Origin: Candidatus Omnitrophota bacterium
GTDB lineage: Bacteria; Omnitrophota; Gorgyraeia; Gygaellales; Profunditerraquicolaceae
Length of the DNA: 64,000 nt
Assembly: GCA_028716705.1 (NCBI GenBank)
Contig: JAQUPI010000003.1
Location: forward strand, 7,737 to 71,736
Reading direction: 5' to 3'
The position numbers and the translations under genes are program-made. Below, in pieces: positions 40,901-48,156 of the stretch. Position 1 is the stretch's first letter, and the number at the start of each line of letters is the position of its first letter. The notes below the pieces were generated by a model. That model was not told the origin of the DNA and did no database searches. It worked only from the letters and a program-made list of their open reading frames with translations.

Positions 40901-42408
40901 AAGAACAGAATGCCTCTGGTTTTTCAAAGGATTTAAGCCAGCTGGCCACATATTACATTGATGACGCCTTTGGCACCGCGCACCGCGCGCATGCTTCGAA
41001 CGGCGGCATTACCTCAAATTACGCCTGGGGCAAGAAGTTCGCTGGCAGGCTTCTGGAGAAAGAAGAGCAGTATCTGAAACAGGTCTGCGAGAGTCCCAAG
41101 GAGCCCATGGTCGTAGTTTTGGGCGGAGGCAAGGTCAGCGATAAGATACATATCATCAATACCTTGAAACAGAAAGCGTCTGCTTTCCTGATCGGCGGAA
41201 GGATGTCTTTGGCATTCTTGGCAGCTCAGGGTCAGCAAGTCGGTGATTCCACGCCCGATAAACTTGACGTGGATACCGCCAAACGTTTCCTCGCCGATCC
41301 GCAGTTAAAAGGCAAGATCATTCTGCCGCAGGATAACATGGTGGTTACCGATATCTCTACGGGCGCGGACGCGACAGTTGTAGAAGGCAGTGTTGAGCCT
41401 TCGGATATGAGCGCGTTCCAGGAACAATTCCTGGCTTACCTTAAGTCTTATGTTGCTCTTGAAAGCGCGGAAGGAAAAGCGCTCGCTGCCGTCCAGAAAG
41501 CTGAAACCGAAGCCAGGCGGCTTATAGGTCTTCCCACCGCGCCAGAAGCTGCTCCTACTGTAACTCAGGCGGCAGTCGATCCCGCTCAATTAAGGTTCGG
41601 CGAGGCGAATGGTTTCCTTACTCCTGAGTCGCAGGCCAGAAACAAACCGGATTTCCAATATACCATGGGTTTTGGGGATGCCGCTAATTCCTACAGACCA
41701 GCCTCTGATTTAAGCCCGGCACTGCTGGTTCCCGAAGGCACCGTGTATACGGGAACTTCCGTGCTTTTCGGTAATTTCGCAAATGCCGTTAAGAATCGTG
41801 ATATAGCCGAAAGGGACGGCGCTGTCGTCATAGGGGCGAACGTGATATTGGAGAACGCGGGCTCTTTGACCAGCCTGAAGGCATTCAAGGATACAGGAAA
41901 AATCGTTGTTTATGCGCAAGACACTTCAACCCTGGAAGTTTTAAAAGCCATGGGGATAGATTCGGTAACGAAAAATATCATAAACGGGGAAACAAAAGGC
42001 GTCTCGATCGAGAATATCGCCATAGAATACAGCATGTCGGGCGAGACCGTCCTGGTTACCGCTCCCGTGGATCGTAAAGATATCAACTTAGGCAACATTC
42101 AAAAGGCTGGTGTCCGGATGTTGAATCTGGAGACGCCCAAAACTGAAGTAGGCAAGATAAACAGCATGCCGCTGGTTATCGCCAGGGCATTTGCCAGGAT
42201 TTACCAGGAAGACGCGAATGTGCCCAGGCAATTTAACACCTTAAGCAACAATTACGCAACGAAGAACCAGGTATTGGCGACAGATATCGAGAAGCTTAAC
42301 AACCTGGCTTCCCAGATCTGCGACGTGCCTTTAGTGCAGTTGAATATGGAGCAGGATAAAGAGATAATCGCGGCCCAGATGGCTTACCAGGCGGCCGTAA
42401 GCATATAA
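34906..42408 (+). CDS. 2500-aa fusion protein: N-terminal signal/anchor, then phosphofructokinase, class II fructose-bisphosphate aldolase, a ~400-aa unknown module, GAPDH, a circularly permuted phosphoglycerate kinase, and a conserved C-terminal domain
   Basis: Single stop-free frame. All four enzyme families are recognisable by their hallmark motifs in series (see sub-features). The start overlaps the upstream gene, which implies translational coupling. Confidence 0.9.
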   Translation: MKNRLNRKQLKRRMKMNAGNFHKSLLARIMSLIIIVNFIITTGPVSLYAQDMLKAPSAVQKNDSPVQNLIDDLRATQAGREIAAFKRIGILTSGGPASGHNAAIYAAVEKMKEQGIEAVAILDGFDGLYEEKLVSQARPLSLEEARSQRNKGGTMLGTDRMNPFEAKNVANGVPQAIWTNIQKLKLDGLIVLGGNDSQSTSYKLQQEHPDFPIIGLAKTMDNDLALPELDALTYGFDTFVRETTRALIKMIRDCRSMRRIGVVEVFGRSAGHVALHAGANVRASRTLLPEEGNLDLEQLVSDLRESKNNDKYRAALLVVSEGISISKDYKNNAGILEKAFAEDEVAKAAFEKAVKGAKKDSFGNPKLENTGKIIAAVLRSQGLAVSEDQVKYIARSANPSKLDIAMTELIGRAAVENLLQGNHGRILYAYNNQARSIPFASDVGGRVADLTGHKQLYLRANQAFDIKVSDKPALNFANTAEVNSAIAGILAVSDKAVSVLDEERLRSQLIDNLVYDATFGSDKEVVKLCRRLIKDTAAAQGAVLGSVYELYRAKAKDKKQYTVPAINIRGMGYNTSRAVFASAIDNNADKFIFEIARSEIGYTAQRPAELVTSVLAAAIKEGYNLPVYLQGDHFQVTLKDYTASPEKAKDYIKGLIREAIEAGFYQVDLDMSQLVDYTKADVQEQQELNYKLVAELTAYVRDLERELGLDRAGIVVNLGGEIGEIGKGLAEKDQKNSTVAELRAFMDGYNAELKRLSQEKGYELNPITKIAIQTGTQHGGIRNAKGELVRAKVSFNAIAELGKVAREEYSLAGVVQHGASTLPEDNFTLFAGNTPEGLVIDESLLNEASKNILSTNPAAEVHLATAYQDTIIDHPRMPASMVSQMREYIFSKNPVKENQNADGVFVSNRKNVWGPFKAQVWNLPAGVQEAMRDSLRGQFDVVFNNMGVKNSSQALIAQKASEKAKLVKTRLAINNPGGQERELIRLWLAGKSAGIDLVGVNGISPGSLYYLLTKDFTASPDVRAWFTANFTSLPEGIGDKNKKLILPVTEIIDAKDLPWKKLNPDVVLEGSDPQLAASHKSQGAKSVIVAHPALTAVSALMPVISVMGDQIKGINFTDIQPPTPLQRGLDNSGPDPVLMRAMGINLVPSLRKDIDKYVQALCPADLAAHIKGAINFAPQALGSLLDVHIVVNKDTDAAAINKLFKAAIEGVLKGKVSYSQDSSLVSVDTYQQPQLIFLANNTKVTGKRIVHLQFMHNEEATFAATQVPLLLQALKEGKAPSIITSKDTQTISADAQVVLDIIQAEQSKMARPAFLGTNLAFIPALDGNVKPRIVVRGKAVSPAIVGINGPGRVGRPSTWAMQGDPNVDLRMINGSSSALILSWLLSEDSVQQSISKPVTRIVITPAQLKREVSSLLGSYSIEQVNGFLTGLLSSQRLYLLKEKEEFVPYIKNLLASWGKPSNELDSAANWLLKSLVGVLDINGKKVLVVNERKAITELPWDVAGIKTIMECTGDLKNADEARQHLAHISGGKVIISAPAEGAGQSIVLGVVEPSRAAQIVDNASCTTNCLMPMVAVLNKAFGVLMQEITTVHAYTTDQTYARQATHKKEATRGRDARTNSLPGSTGAAKTAAVIYPDLAGRSDGWAVRTPHVTGSAVALTATLKGNVTKEQIQAAFKSASEKEMAGIMAYTQAPIVSSMIIGNPASSIIDGNAIEIISYDEELDQTTAGITSWYDNEYGFSNRMVNLAVALQGFSLIKGKALADIGPKTVELFENKIKEISPATVVWNGPMGVVEVAATSKGTDGVAMAITALGDKVVKVVGGGDTLKTLSEEEREKFTHVSTGGGAFLEAFQFGVDNLPGIKALIDPSTGKMATMDGLLPVLKEGDTVLIRVDFNVPLDSQLKVTDSTRIKETMVTIRPLLEKKAKVILMSHLGRPNGKFDAKLTMNPVAYELQKLLLKTKVHKLDDCVGKPVQDFIQNTVKPGEVVMLENTRFRLDEEQNASGFSKDLSQLATYYIDDAFGTAHRAHASNGGITSNYAWGKKFAGRLLEKEEQYLKQVCESPKEPMVVVLGGGKVSDKIHIINTLKQKASAFLIGGRMSLAFLAAQGQQVGDSTPDKLDVDTAKRFLADPQLKGKIILPQDNMVVTDISTGADATVVEGSVEPSDMSAFQEQFLAYLKSYVALESAEGKALAAVQKAETEARRLIGLPTAPEAAPTVTQAAVDPAQLRFGEANGFLTPESQARNKPDFQYTMGFGDAANSYRPASDLSPALLVPEGTVYTGTSVLFGNFANAVKNRDIAERDGAVVIGANVILENAGSLTSLKAFKDTGKIVVYAQDTSTLEVLKAMGIDSVTKNIINGETKGVSIENIAIEYSMSGETVLVTAPVDRKDINLGNIQKAGVRMLNLETPKTEVGKINSMPLVIARAFARIYQEDANVPRQFNTLSNNYATKNQVLATDIEKLNNLASQICDVPLVQLNMEQDKEIIAAQMAYQAAVSI
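35160..36235 (+). other. pfk: Domain: 6-phosphofructokinase (PFK-A family; residues suggest a PPi-dependent type)
   Basis: 'RIGILTSGGPASGHNAAI', 'LIVLGGNDSQST', 'GLAKTMDNDLALPELDALTYGFDT' and 'EVFGRSAGHVALHAG'. The D in GGNDS and the K in AKTMDND correspond to the Asp/Lys pair typical of PPi-PFKs. Confidence 0.8.
36580..37650 (+). other. fba: Domain: class II (metal-dependent) fructose/tagatose-bisphosphate aldolase
   Basis: 'YTVPAINIRGMGYNT', 'LPVYLQGDHFQV', 'YQVDLDMS', 'IQTGTQHGG' and 'VVQHGASTLPED' correspond to class II FBA blocks. Confidence 0.65.
38895..40160 (+). other. gap: Domain: glyceraldehyde-3-phosphate dehydrogenase
   Basis: 'IVGINGPGRVGR', 'GGKVIISAP', 'IVDNASCTTNCLMP', 'TVHAYTTDQ', 'SLPGSTGAAK' and 'WYDNEYGFSNRMVNL'. 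Confidence 0.9.
40190..40510 (+). other. pgk: Domain: the last ~105 residues of PGK (nucleotide-binding half), placed upstream of the PGK N-domain
   Basis: 'DIGPKTVELF', 'VVWNGPMGVVEV', 'VVGGGDTL', 'HVSTGGGAFLE' and 'LPGIKAL' are normally the C-terminal blocks of PGK. Confidence 0.85.
40565..41395 (+). other. pgk: Domain: PGK N-terminal (3-phosphoglycerate-binding) domain through the hinge and the first part of the C-domain
   Basis: 'LIRVDFNVPL', 'ILMSHLGRPNG', 'VMLENTRF', 'YIDDAFGTAHRAHAS', 'VVLGGGKVSDKIHIINTL' and 'FLIGGRMSLAFLAAQG'. Confidence 0.9.
41740..42405 (+). other. Conserved ~222-aa C-terminal domain of unknown function, shared with the next ORF
   Basis: 'VYTGTS..GNFA', 'GxNVILENAG.xTSL', 'VVYAQD', 'KINSMPL.I.RAF' and 'LNNLASQ.CDVPLV.L' align colinearly with 47470-48138. 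Confidence 0.8.
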
Positions 42409-42453
42409 GCCACACTTTAACACAATAACACACCTTAAAACGGAGGTTATGTC

Positions 42454-45400
42454 ATGCGGCCTTTGAAGCCCGGCTCATTACGCAAAATCATTATATTCCT
42501 TACCCTTGTCAGTTTCATTGCGTCTTTCGCGCCGGCTCAACTCTACGCGCAGATCCTTTCCGATACGCTCAGGACATCTTCGGCCAGGGCTACTGCCGTA
42601 AAGGATGAGATCGCCGTTGATCTGCTTAGAAGCGGCAAGCTTCCCTATGTGGTCACCTACGCAGACCCGCGCTCCGAAAGGAAAGAGACTGCCGGGGGAA
42701 AGTGCGCGCAGCTGGCCTGGGCATATAACCGGGGGATCCCCAATCCTCTGGGTTTTAGCATAACCGTGGAAGCGGTGAGGGAGTATTACAGGTACAATCC
42801 CAAACTCATAGAGATGATCAAAGATGCGCGTAACCTTGACATAAACGATGCCAAGAAACGCGCGGAGACAGCTTTACGGATACAGAATTTTATGATGAAG
42901 GAAACGAAGCTCCCTCCGGCCGTTTTTAAGGCGGTAAGCGATGACCTCGTGATGATGAGCAGGGTCTTGGGTTATGAAGAGGACGAGATGGTCCCGGTCG
43001 CCTACCGGGGAAGCGGCGTTATCGAAGACTTTGAAGGAGCCATACCCTGGTTCAAGAAAACGATCGGAGCCCAGCCGGGGCAAGGCACCACGCTGCTCAA
43101 CAAGCGCGGTTTTACCGATATTGAGCCATCGGTGATCGAAGTTATCGCCGGCTTGTTCAATGACCAGATATTCGTCTACCGCGATGTCCAGATCTTTTTT
43201 GATTTTGTGAGCAAGATGCGGGATGTCTCAGAGTATAACAAATTGATCCTTTGGGCGAAGAAATACGGTTTTAACGTTGCGGCCAGCAGGCTGGAGAATG
43301 AAAATTCACCCGGCTATGTCAACCTGCGCAAGATGATCGAGGAGATCGAGGCAAAGGAGCCGGGGGCGAAAGAGCAATATAAATGGGGTGATAAACTTGA
43401 GAAATCGGCAAACGATATCCTGGAGCCCATGAATTTTGTTACCGGCATTGCCGTGCTGGAAATGGCGGATAGTTTATTTTCCGGAACCGCATTCACTTCA
43501 CACCTGGGAACCGGATTCGACGGCTCAACATTCGCCAAGAAAACAAAAGGTCTTTTCCCGAAGAAGAGAGGGGATAAGTTCGATGGTTATACCCGCTATG
43601 TAAAAATAAATTTAGGCACAGGGTTAGGGCCCGGCATTGTAGAAGGAAAATTCCAGCCGAATATCGTAACCTTCTTTGATATTACCGGCCAGGGCAAATG
43701 GGTGCCTACCGAATTTTCAGTGGGCAAGAAACACATGAGTTTGATATATATAGATAAGGTTATCGATTCTTTAGCACCAAAATTCGCAAGGGAACAGATC
43801 TACCTCTTTGCCCAGTTATACGCGGATTGGCAAAACCCGATCAAGCAGCAGGGGGTCCGGGTCGCCCTTAAAACGGAGTTCAATATCGAAGCGGAAAGCT
43901 GGATACGGGCGATGATGGACCTGTGGTATTTTTATGATAAACCCGATAAACATAAAGCCACCGCCCAGGAAAAAGCGGTTTTATTGAAGGAACTCAACGT
44001 AAACGAAAATGAATTCTTTACCTTAAGCCATTTAGTCAAACATATCAATAAGGTCGCGACCAGTTATGATACGGCCTCTTATATGCTTACTTCCCCGGAA
44101 CTCGCGTCGAGCAGGCTTTTAAGCGATGAAGGTTACAAGAAACTCGCGGACATGATCGCTAAAGTCGGCAATCTTATGGCCCAGGAGCGGTTTGAGGCCG
44201 CCGACAAGGGCTGGCGCGAGCGCAGGGATATCGAGTTTTCGGTTGTCCGCTGCAACGAAAACGACACAAGTAAATATAAGGTAAAACTGGAACATATTTA
44301 TGACCTGGTAACCGGCAATGACCTGGGGGAGGGCTGGGTAAAGATACTGCATATCCAGAACCGGCCGATCAATCCGGAAAAAGAGATACAGGACCCGGAT
44401 AACATAATTTTCAAGAAGATGAAGGTCGACGAAGATTTTGTGGACGGCCAGGGTATTTTGCCTATCGCGAAAAACGGGCTGGTTGGCTATGGAGCGGCTG
44501 AAGGCATGCTTTATTTTGTCGATCCTTACAACGACCTGGCTGAGCAAGAAGAAGAAGTCGCGAAGATGAAAGACCAGGGAAAGAGCGTGATCGTGGTCCT
44601 GGAAGAAATGGGCCCTGAGCATGATCCTATAGTAGAAAAAGCGGGCGCCGCGATCGTGTGGAGGGGTAATGACACCAGCCACGCTTATATATTCAGCCTG
44701 GAATTAAAGATCCCCATCGTTATAAACGCGGCTACGCAGCCAGGGTTCGAAGGATATCTTAAGGACCGCATGAACGCGGTTATTGACGGCTCAGGGGGAA
44801 TGATCTATCCCGGAGATAAAGAGATCCCTCTGCTTCCGGACAATCTGATCATACGCGTAGACATGCTTCCGGAGACGAAAGTCGGGATGATCGTTTCCAC
44901 GCTGCAAAGCGCGCAGGAGGTAGCGCGGTTAGGAGCGAAGAGTGTCCTTACCCGTATGGAATTTTTGATCAATAATGTAGTCAAAATATACCCGCAGGCG
45001 GGTTGGGCCTATGACCTGATGACCAAGCTGGATAACGGGCAGATAAGCGAGTCCGGCCTTACTCCCGAAGAGCTGAAAGACGTAGCGGCATTAAGGCAGC
45101 ATCCGGAGATAATAGAAGAGATCAGAAAGATGATCACAAGCTTTCCGTCGGCAACTGAATTCATGGCTGAAAAGATGCGTTATGCCGGCAACGCGCTTGG
45201 TTCTATCTTTCCTATACTTAATGAAATGCGCGCCTACGATAATAAGGAAAAAGAAGCGCTTCTTTACGGGCTTATCGGCGCCAAACTTTATCTGCGTTAT
45301 GACGATAAAAATCCTGAATTCGATTCCCCGTTGGTCGGCATGCGCGGCTCAGCGTTAATGAGCCATCCGCATCTAAAGAAGGGATTTCAGGCTTTAAACA

Positions 45401-48141
45401 GGGGCGTCATCCGCTCGGTGAAAGACGGGTTTAAAAACAATGCCTTTTTCTTCGTTTATCTGAGGAATACCCATGAGCTGAAAACGCAGCTTGCAGACTT
45501 CGAGAGACTATGCCAGGAGGAAGGGGCCTATCCTGAAGAGATCGGCACCATGATCGAACTGGGAGGCAATCTCTGGATGATAAAAGAGGTCAGCCAGATA
45601 TTTTCCGATTTTGTGGCAAAACATAAAAAAGACGGCGTTAAGCGGTGGTATATTTCTTTCGGGACCAATGACCTTACCAATTCGCTCGGCAAGACCTCGA
45701 GGGACGATAAAGACTTTACCGGGGAGCTAAAGGTGCTGCAACCGGCGTTGATCAACGCGGATCCAGCTGAGGCAAAGATTGAAGTTGTCCCTGGCGCGGT
45801 TTACGGGCCCAAAGAATACGGCCAGCCTTTTACCGTCACTCTTAACGATGAGGCGGCTCCGGGGGTAATACGCTTTATAGAAAATGCCACCGCGGTTGTC
45901 AGAAATATGGGCGGCCATGTATATTTGTGCGGACAGGCGGTGAGCAAGGCCATCAACAAGGGGGATGTGCAGACCGGGATGAAACTTTTATCTGTATTGG
46001 ACGCGGTCGGCACGCAGAGTATTACCTTTGTATCCGGGGCAATGCTTGATTTTGATACCCGGGTTTCGCTTACCCGGATATCGAAAGACGCCTTATCCGA
46101 CAAGACGCCCGCCGCTAAATTATCCGACATTAAAAAAGAGGCGGAAAACGCGGTTTTGATTTCAGAGTCTGTGGTAGTGGAAAAACCGCAGGATATACTT
46201 AAGCTCCGTGAAGGGCAGAATAAACAGAAGATAGTGATAATGAAAACAACCTGGGAGCGCAAAGACCTGGAAGATATGGGTATCCCGTGGGATTACCTTA
46301 ATTACGCCGGAGCTATCCTGTTGTCTAACGGGGTAAAACCCGGGACAGGCATCCTCGCGGAGCCGGGAGTAAAATCCAGGGTTAAGGCCAGGCTTATCGG
46401 GGGAGCGACCATCGTTTCCGGAGAACCGTTGACAATAGCATACGGCGAACAAGCTGTGTATAAAGGCGTCTATTCTACGTATGCCGAAGAGACCAGGGTC
46501 CCGCAGCTGCGTATGCCTAAAGAGGGGATGATCCCGGTGGCCAAACCCATAATACGCATAAGCGCGGGCGACCTCTTCGTGCGCCGGGGCGATAGCCCCG
46601 CGGCAATTGACATACATCCTTTGGCATTCGCGCTGTATAAAGCGAACCCCGACGCGGTCTCTCAAGAGACCCGCGCGGCGATCGTGGGGCTTATCGGCGG
46701 CGAAGATCCGTTAATTTACCTGCATGAACGTTTTGTCGAATATGTGGCGGCGAAGGCACAAGAGGCGGTCCAGAATAACCGGGTCCCGGTTTATACTCTT
46801 TTGCGGCTTACCCGTAACCAGTTGAGGGATCTTAAGGAGGGTGAGGCGATAGAAAAGACAAAGGGCAAAGAGGGGGTTAACTTTGACGACCCGCAGTGCC
46901 GCTTACAGGGAGGCGCCAGGGCACTTAATGATTTTTGGCAGATATTTAACACGGAAATAGCGGCGTTTAGGGAAGTAAAAACCGGATACCCGGCCATGGC
47001 GTTGCAATTGTCGGCAATGGGAACGCGTTCCCAGGAAGTAATAGAGATGCTGTTTCGCGCCCTCAAGCCCTTGGGCATAACCCCGCAGGATCAGGAGATA
47101 GGACTTGAACTTACTACGGCGCTTGACCCTTTGCAGGTAGAAGATTATATAAAGCAAGGCATTAAGTTTTTCAGTTATAATGACAGGGAATTGGCGGAAG
47201 CCCTTCTTTCTGTTAATTTGAACCACCCCGATATATTCTCCGTAGAAGGCAAAGAAGCGATGGTTAAACAGGCACTGGAAGCCCCCGTCGCTTACATAAA
47301 AGGCATTGTTGCGGAAAACGCCGATAGCGGCGTATGGGTAGGCTTAAACCCGCAGCAATCAGCAGTTGAAACCGCAGTTATCCCCGCGGCTCCCCTCGAG
47401 CCTTTGGTTACCGCGCCCGCGGAGCGTCTTAGGCGTGAGCTTGATGAAACAACCCTCTACACATCTGAGAGCGCGGTTTACACAGGCACTTCCGAGCGCT
47501 TGGGAAATTTTGCTGATTCAATAAAAGATTCAAAGCTTGAGAAAAATAGCGCGACAATAATCTTAGGCGGGAATGTAATACTTGAAAACGCGGGGGCAAT
47601 GACTTCCCTTATGAGATTTAAAGGGACCGGTAATTTAGTGGTCTATGCCCAGGATGGAGCAATATTAAATGCTTTGAAAGCCATGGGGGCGGATGAAGTT
47701 GTGAACGCCATAATAAGCCGGCAGGAGGTTCAACAGGATCTGGCTGAGCTTGCCTTTGATTATGCTAAAAAAGGGCCAACCGTTTTGATCACTTCTCCCC
47801 TGGACCGTAAGGGCGTGGATTTGACGAGTATTCCTTATGGAGTGCAATTAGTGAATCTTGATTCACCCAAGCCCGAAGAGGGGAAAATAAACAGCATGCC
47901 GCTGGCTATTTCCCGGGCATTTACCGCCATTTTGAAGAATGACCCGGCTGTGGTCAGTCAGTTCAATGCCCTAAGCCAGAATTACGCCGCTAAGGGTCGG
48001 ATATCCGGTAGAGATTTAGAGGCATTGAACAACCTGGCCTCGCAGGTTTGCGACGTACCGCTTGTAGAGTTAACTCAACAAAAAGACAGGGAAGTGATCG
48101 AGGCCCAGATAGCCTATCAAGCTACGGTAGGCCAGATTTAA
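42454..48141 (+). CDS. 1895-aa fusion protein: signal peptide, a pyruvate phosphate dikinase / PEP synthase-family enzyme (ATP-grasp N-domain, phosphohistidine domain, PEP-utilising TIM barrel), a ~480-aa unknown region, and the shared C-terminal domain
   Basis: RBS GGAGG. Signal 'IIIFLTLVSFIASFAPAQLYAQ'. Dikinase motifs 'AGGKCAQLA...GIPNPLGFSIT', 'VWRGNDTSHAYIFSLELKIPIV', 'WYISFGTNDLTNSLG' and 'VYLCGQA'. Confidence 0.85.
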   Translation: MRPLKPGSLRKIIIFLTLVSFIASFAPAQLYAQILSDTLRTSSARATAVKDEIAVDLLRSGKLPYVVTYADPRSERKETAGGKCAQLAWAYNRGIPNPLGFSITVEAVREYYRYNPKLIEMIKDARNLDINDAKKRAETALRIQNFMMKETKLPPAVFKAVSDDLVMMSRVLGYEEDEMVPVAYRGSGVIEDFEGAIPWFKKTIGAQPGQGTTLLNKRGFTDIEPSVIEVIAGLFNDQIFVYRDVQIFFDFVSKMRDVSEYNKLILWAKKYGFNVAASRLENENSPGYVNLRKMIEEIEAKEPGAKEQYKWGDKLEKSANDILEPMNFVTGIAVLEMADSLFSGTAFTSHLGTGFDGSTFAKKTKGLFPKKRGDKFDGYTRYVKINLGTGLGPGIVEGKFQPNIVTFFDITGQGKWVPTEFSVGKKHMSLIYIDKVIDSLAPKFAREQIYLFAQLYADWQNPIKQQGVRVALKTEFNIEAESWIRAMMDLWYFYDKPDKHKATAQEKAVLLKELNVNENEFFTLSHLVKHINKVATSYDTASYMLTSPELASSRLLSDEGYKKLADMIAKVGNLMAQERFEAADKGWRERRDIEFSVVRCNENDTSKYKVKLEHIYDLVTGNDLGEGWVKILHIQNRPINPEKEIQDPDNIIFKKMKVDEDFVDGQGILPIAKNGLVGYGAAEGMLYFVDPYNDLAEQEEEVAKMKDQGKSVIVVLEEMGPEHDPIVEKAGAAIVWRGNDTSHAYIFSLELKIPIVINAATQPGFEGYLKDRMNAVIDGSGGMIYPGDKEIPLLPDNLIIRVDMLPETKVGMIVSTLQSAQEVARLGAKSVLTRMEFLINNVVKIYPQAGWAYDLMTKLDNGQISESGLTPEELKDVAALRQHPEIIEEIRKMITSFPSATEFMAEKMRYAGNALGSIFPILNEMRAYDNKEKEALLYGLIGAKLYLRYDDKNPEFDSPLVGMRGSALMSHPHLKKGFQALNRGVIRSVKDGFKNNAFFFVYLRNTHELKTQLADFERLCQEEGAYPEEIGTMIELGGNLWMIKEVSQIFSDFVAKHKKDGVKRWYISFGTNDLTNSLGKTSRDDKDFTGELKVLQPALINADPAEAKIEVVPGAVYGPKEYGQPFTVTLNDEAAPGVIRFIENATAVVRNMGGHVYLCGQAVSKAINKGDVQTGMKLLSVLDAVGTQSITFVSGAMLDFDTRVSLTRISKDALSDKTPAAKLSDIKKEAENAVLISESVVVEKPQDILKLREGQNKQKIVIMKTTWERKDLEDMGIPWDYLNYAGAILLSNGVKPGTGILAEPGVKSRVKARLIGGATIVSGEPLTIAYGEQAVYKGVYSTYAEETRVPQLRMPKEGMIPVAKPIIRISAGDLFVRRGDSPAAIDIHPLAFALYKANPDAVSQETRAAIVGLIGGEDPLIYLHERFVEYVAAKAQEAVQNNRVPVYTLLRLTRNQLRDLKEGEAIEKTKGKEGVNFDDPQCRLQGGARALNDFWQIFNTEIAAFREVKTGYPAMALQLSAMGTRSQEVIEMLFRALKPLGITPQDQEIGLELTTALDPLQVEDYIKQGIKFFSYNDRELAEALLSVNLNHPDIFSVEGKEAMVKQALEAPVAYIKGIVAENADSGVWVGLNPQQSAVETAVIPAAPLEPLVTAPAERLRRELDETTLYTSESAVYTGTSERLGNFADSIKDSKLEKNSATIILGGNVILENAGAMTSLMRFKGTGNLVVYAQDGAILNALKAMGADEVVNAIISRQEVQQDLAELAFDYAKKGPTVLITSPLDRKGVDLTSIPYGVQLVNLDSPKPEEGKINSMPLAISRAFTAILKNDPAVVSQFNALSQNYAAKGRISGRDLEALNNLASQVCDVPLVELTQQKDREVIEAQIAYQATVGQI
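44640..44730 (+). other. Phosphohistidine (PEP-utilising mobile) domain motif
   Basis: 'GNDTSHAYIFSLELKIPIV' parallels 'GGRTSHAAIIARELGIPAVVG'. Confidence 0.8.
47470..48138 (+). other. Second copy of the shared ~222-aa C-terminal domain (paralogous to 41740-42405)
   Basis: See 41740-42405. Confidence 0.8.
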
Positions 48142-48156
48142 GGTGGGGTTTCTAAT

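Noticed and set aside
46430-46500. 'LTIAYGEQAVYKGVY' in the 1895-aa ORF, weakly reminiscent of the TIM 'IAYEPVWAIGTG' block
   Set aside because: The resemblance covers only ~8 residues, the catalytic Glu is out of register, and no other TIM blocks (e.g. 'GGASLK') are present. It is probably coincidental.
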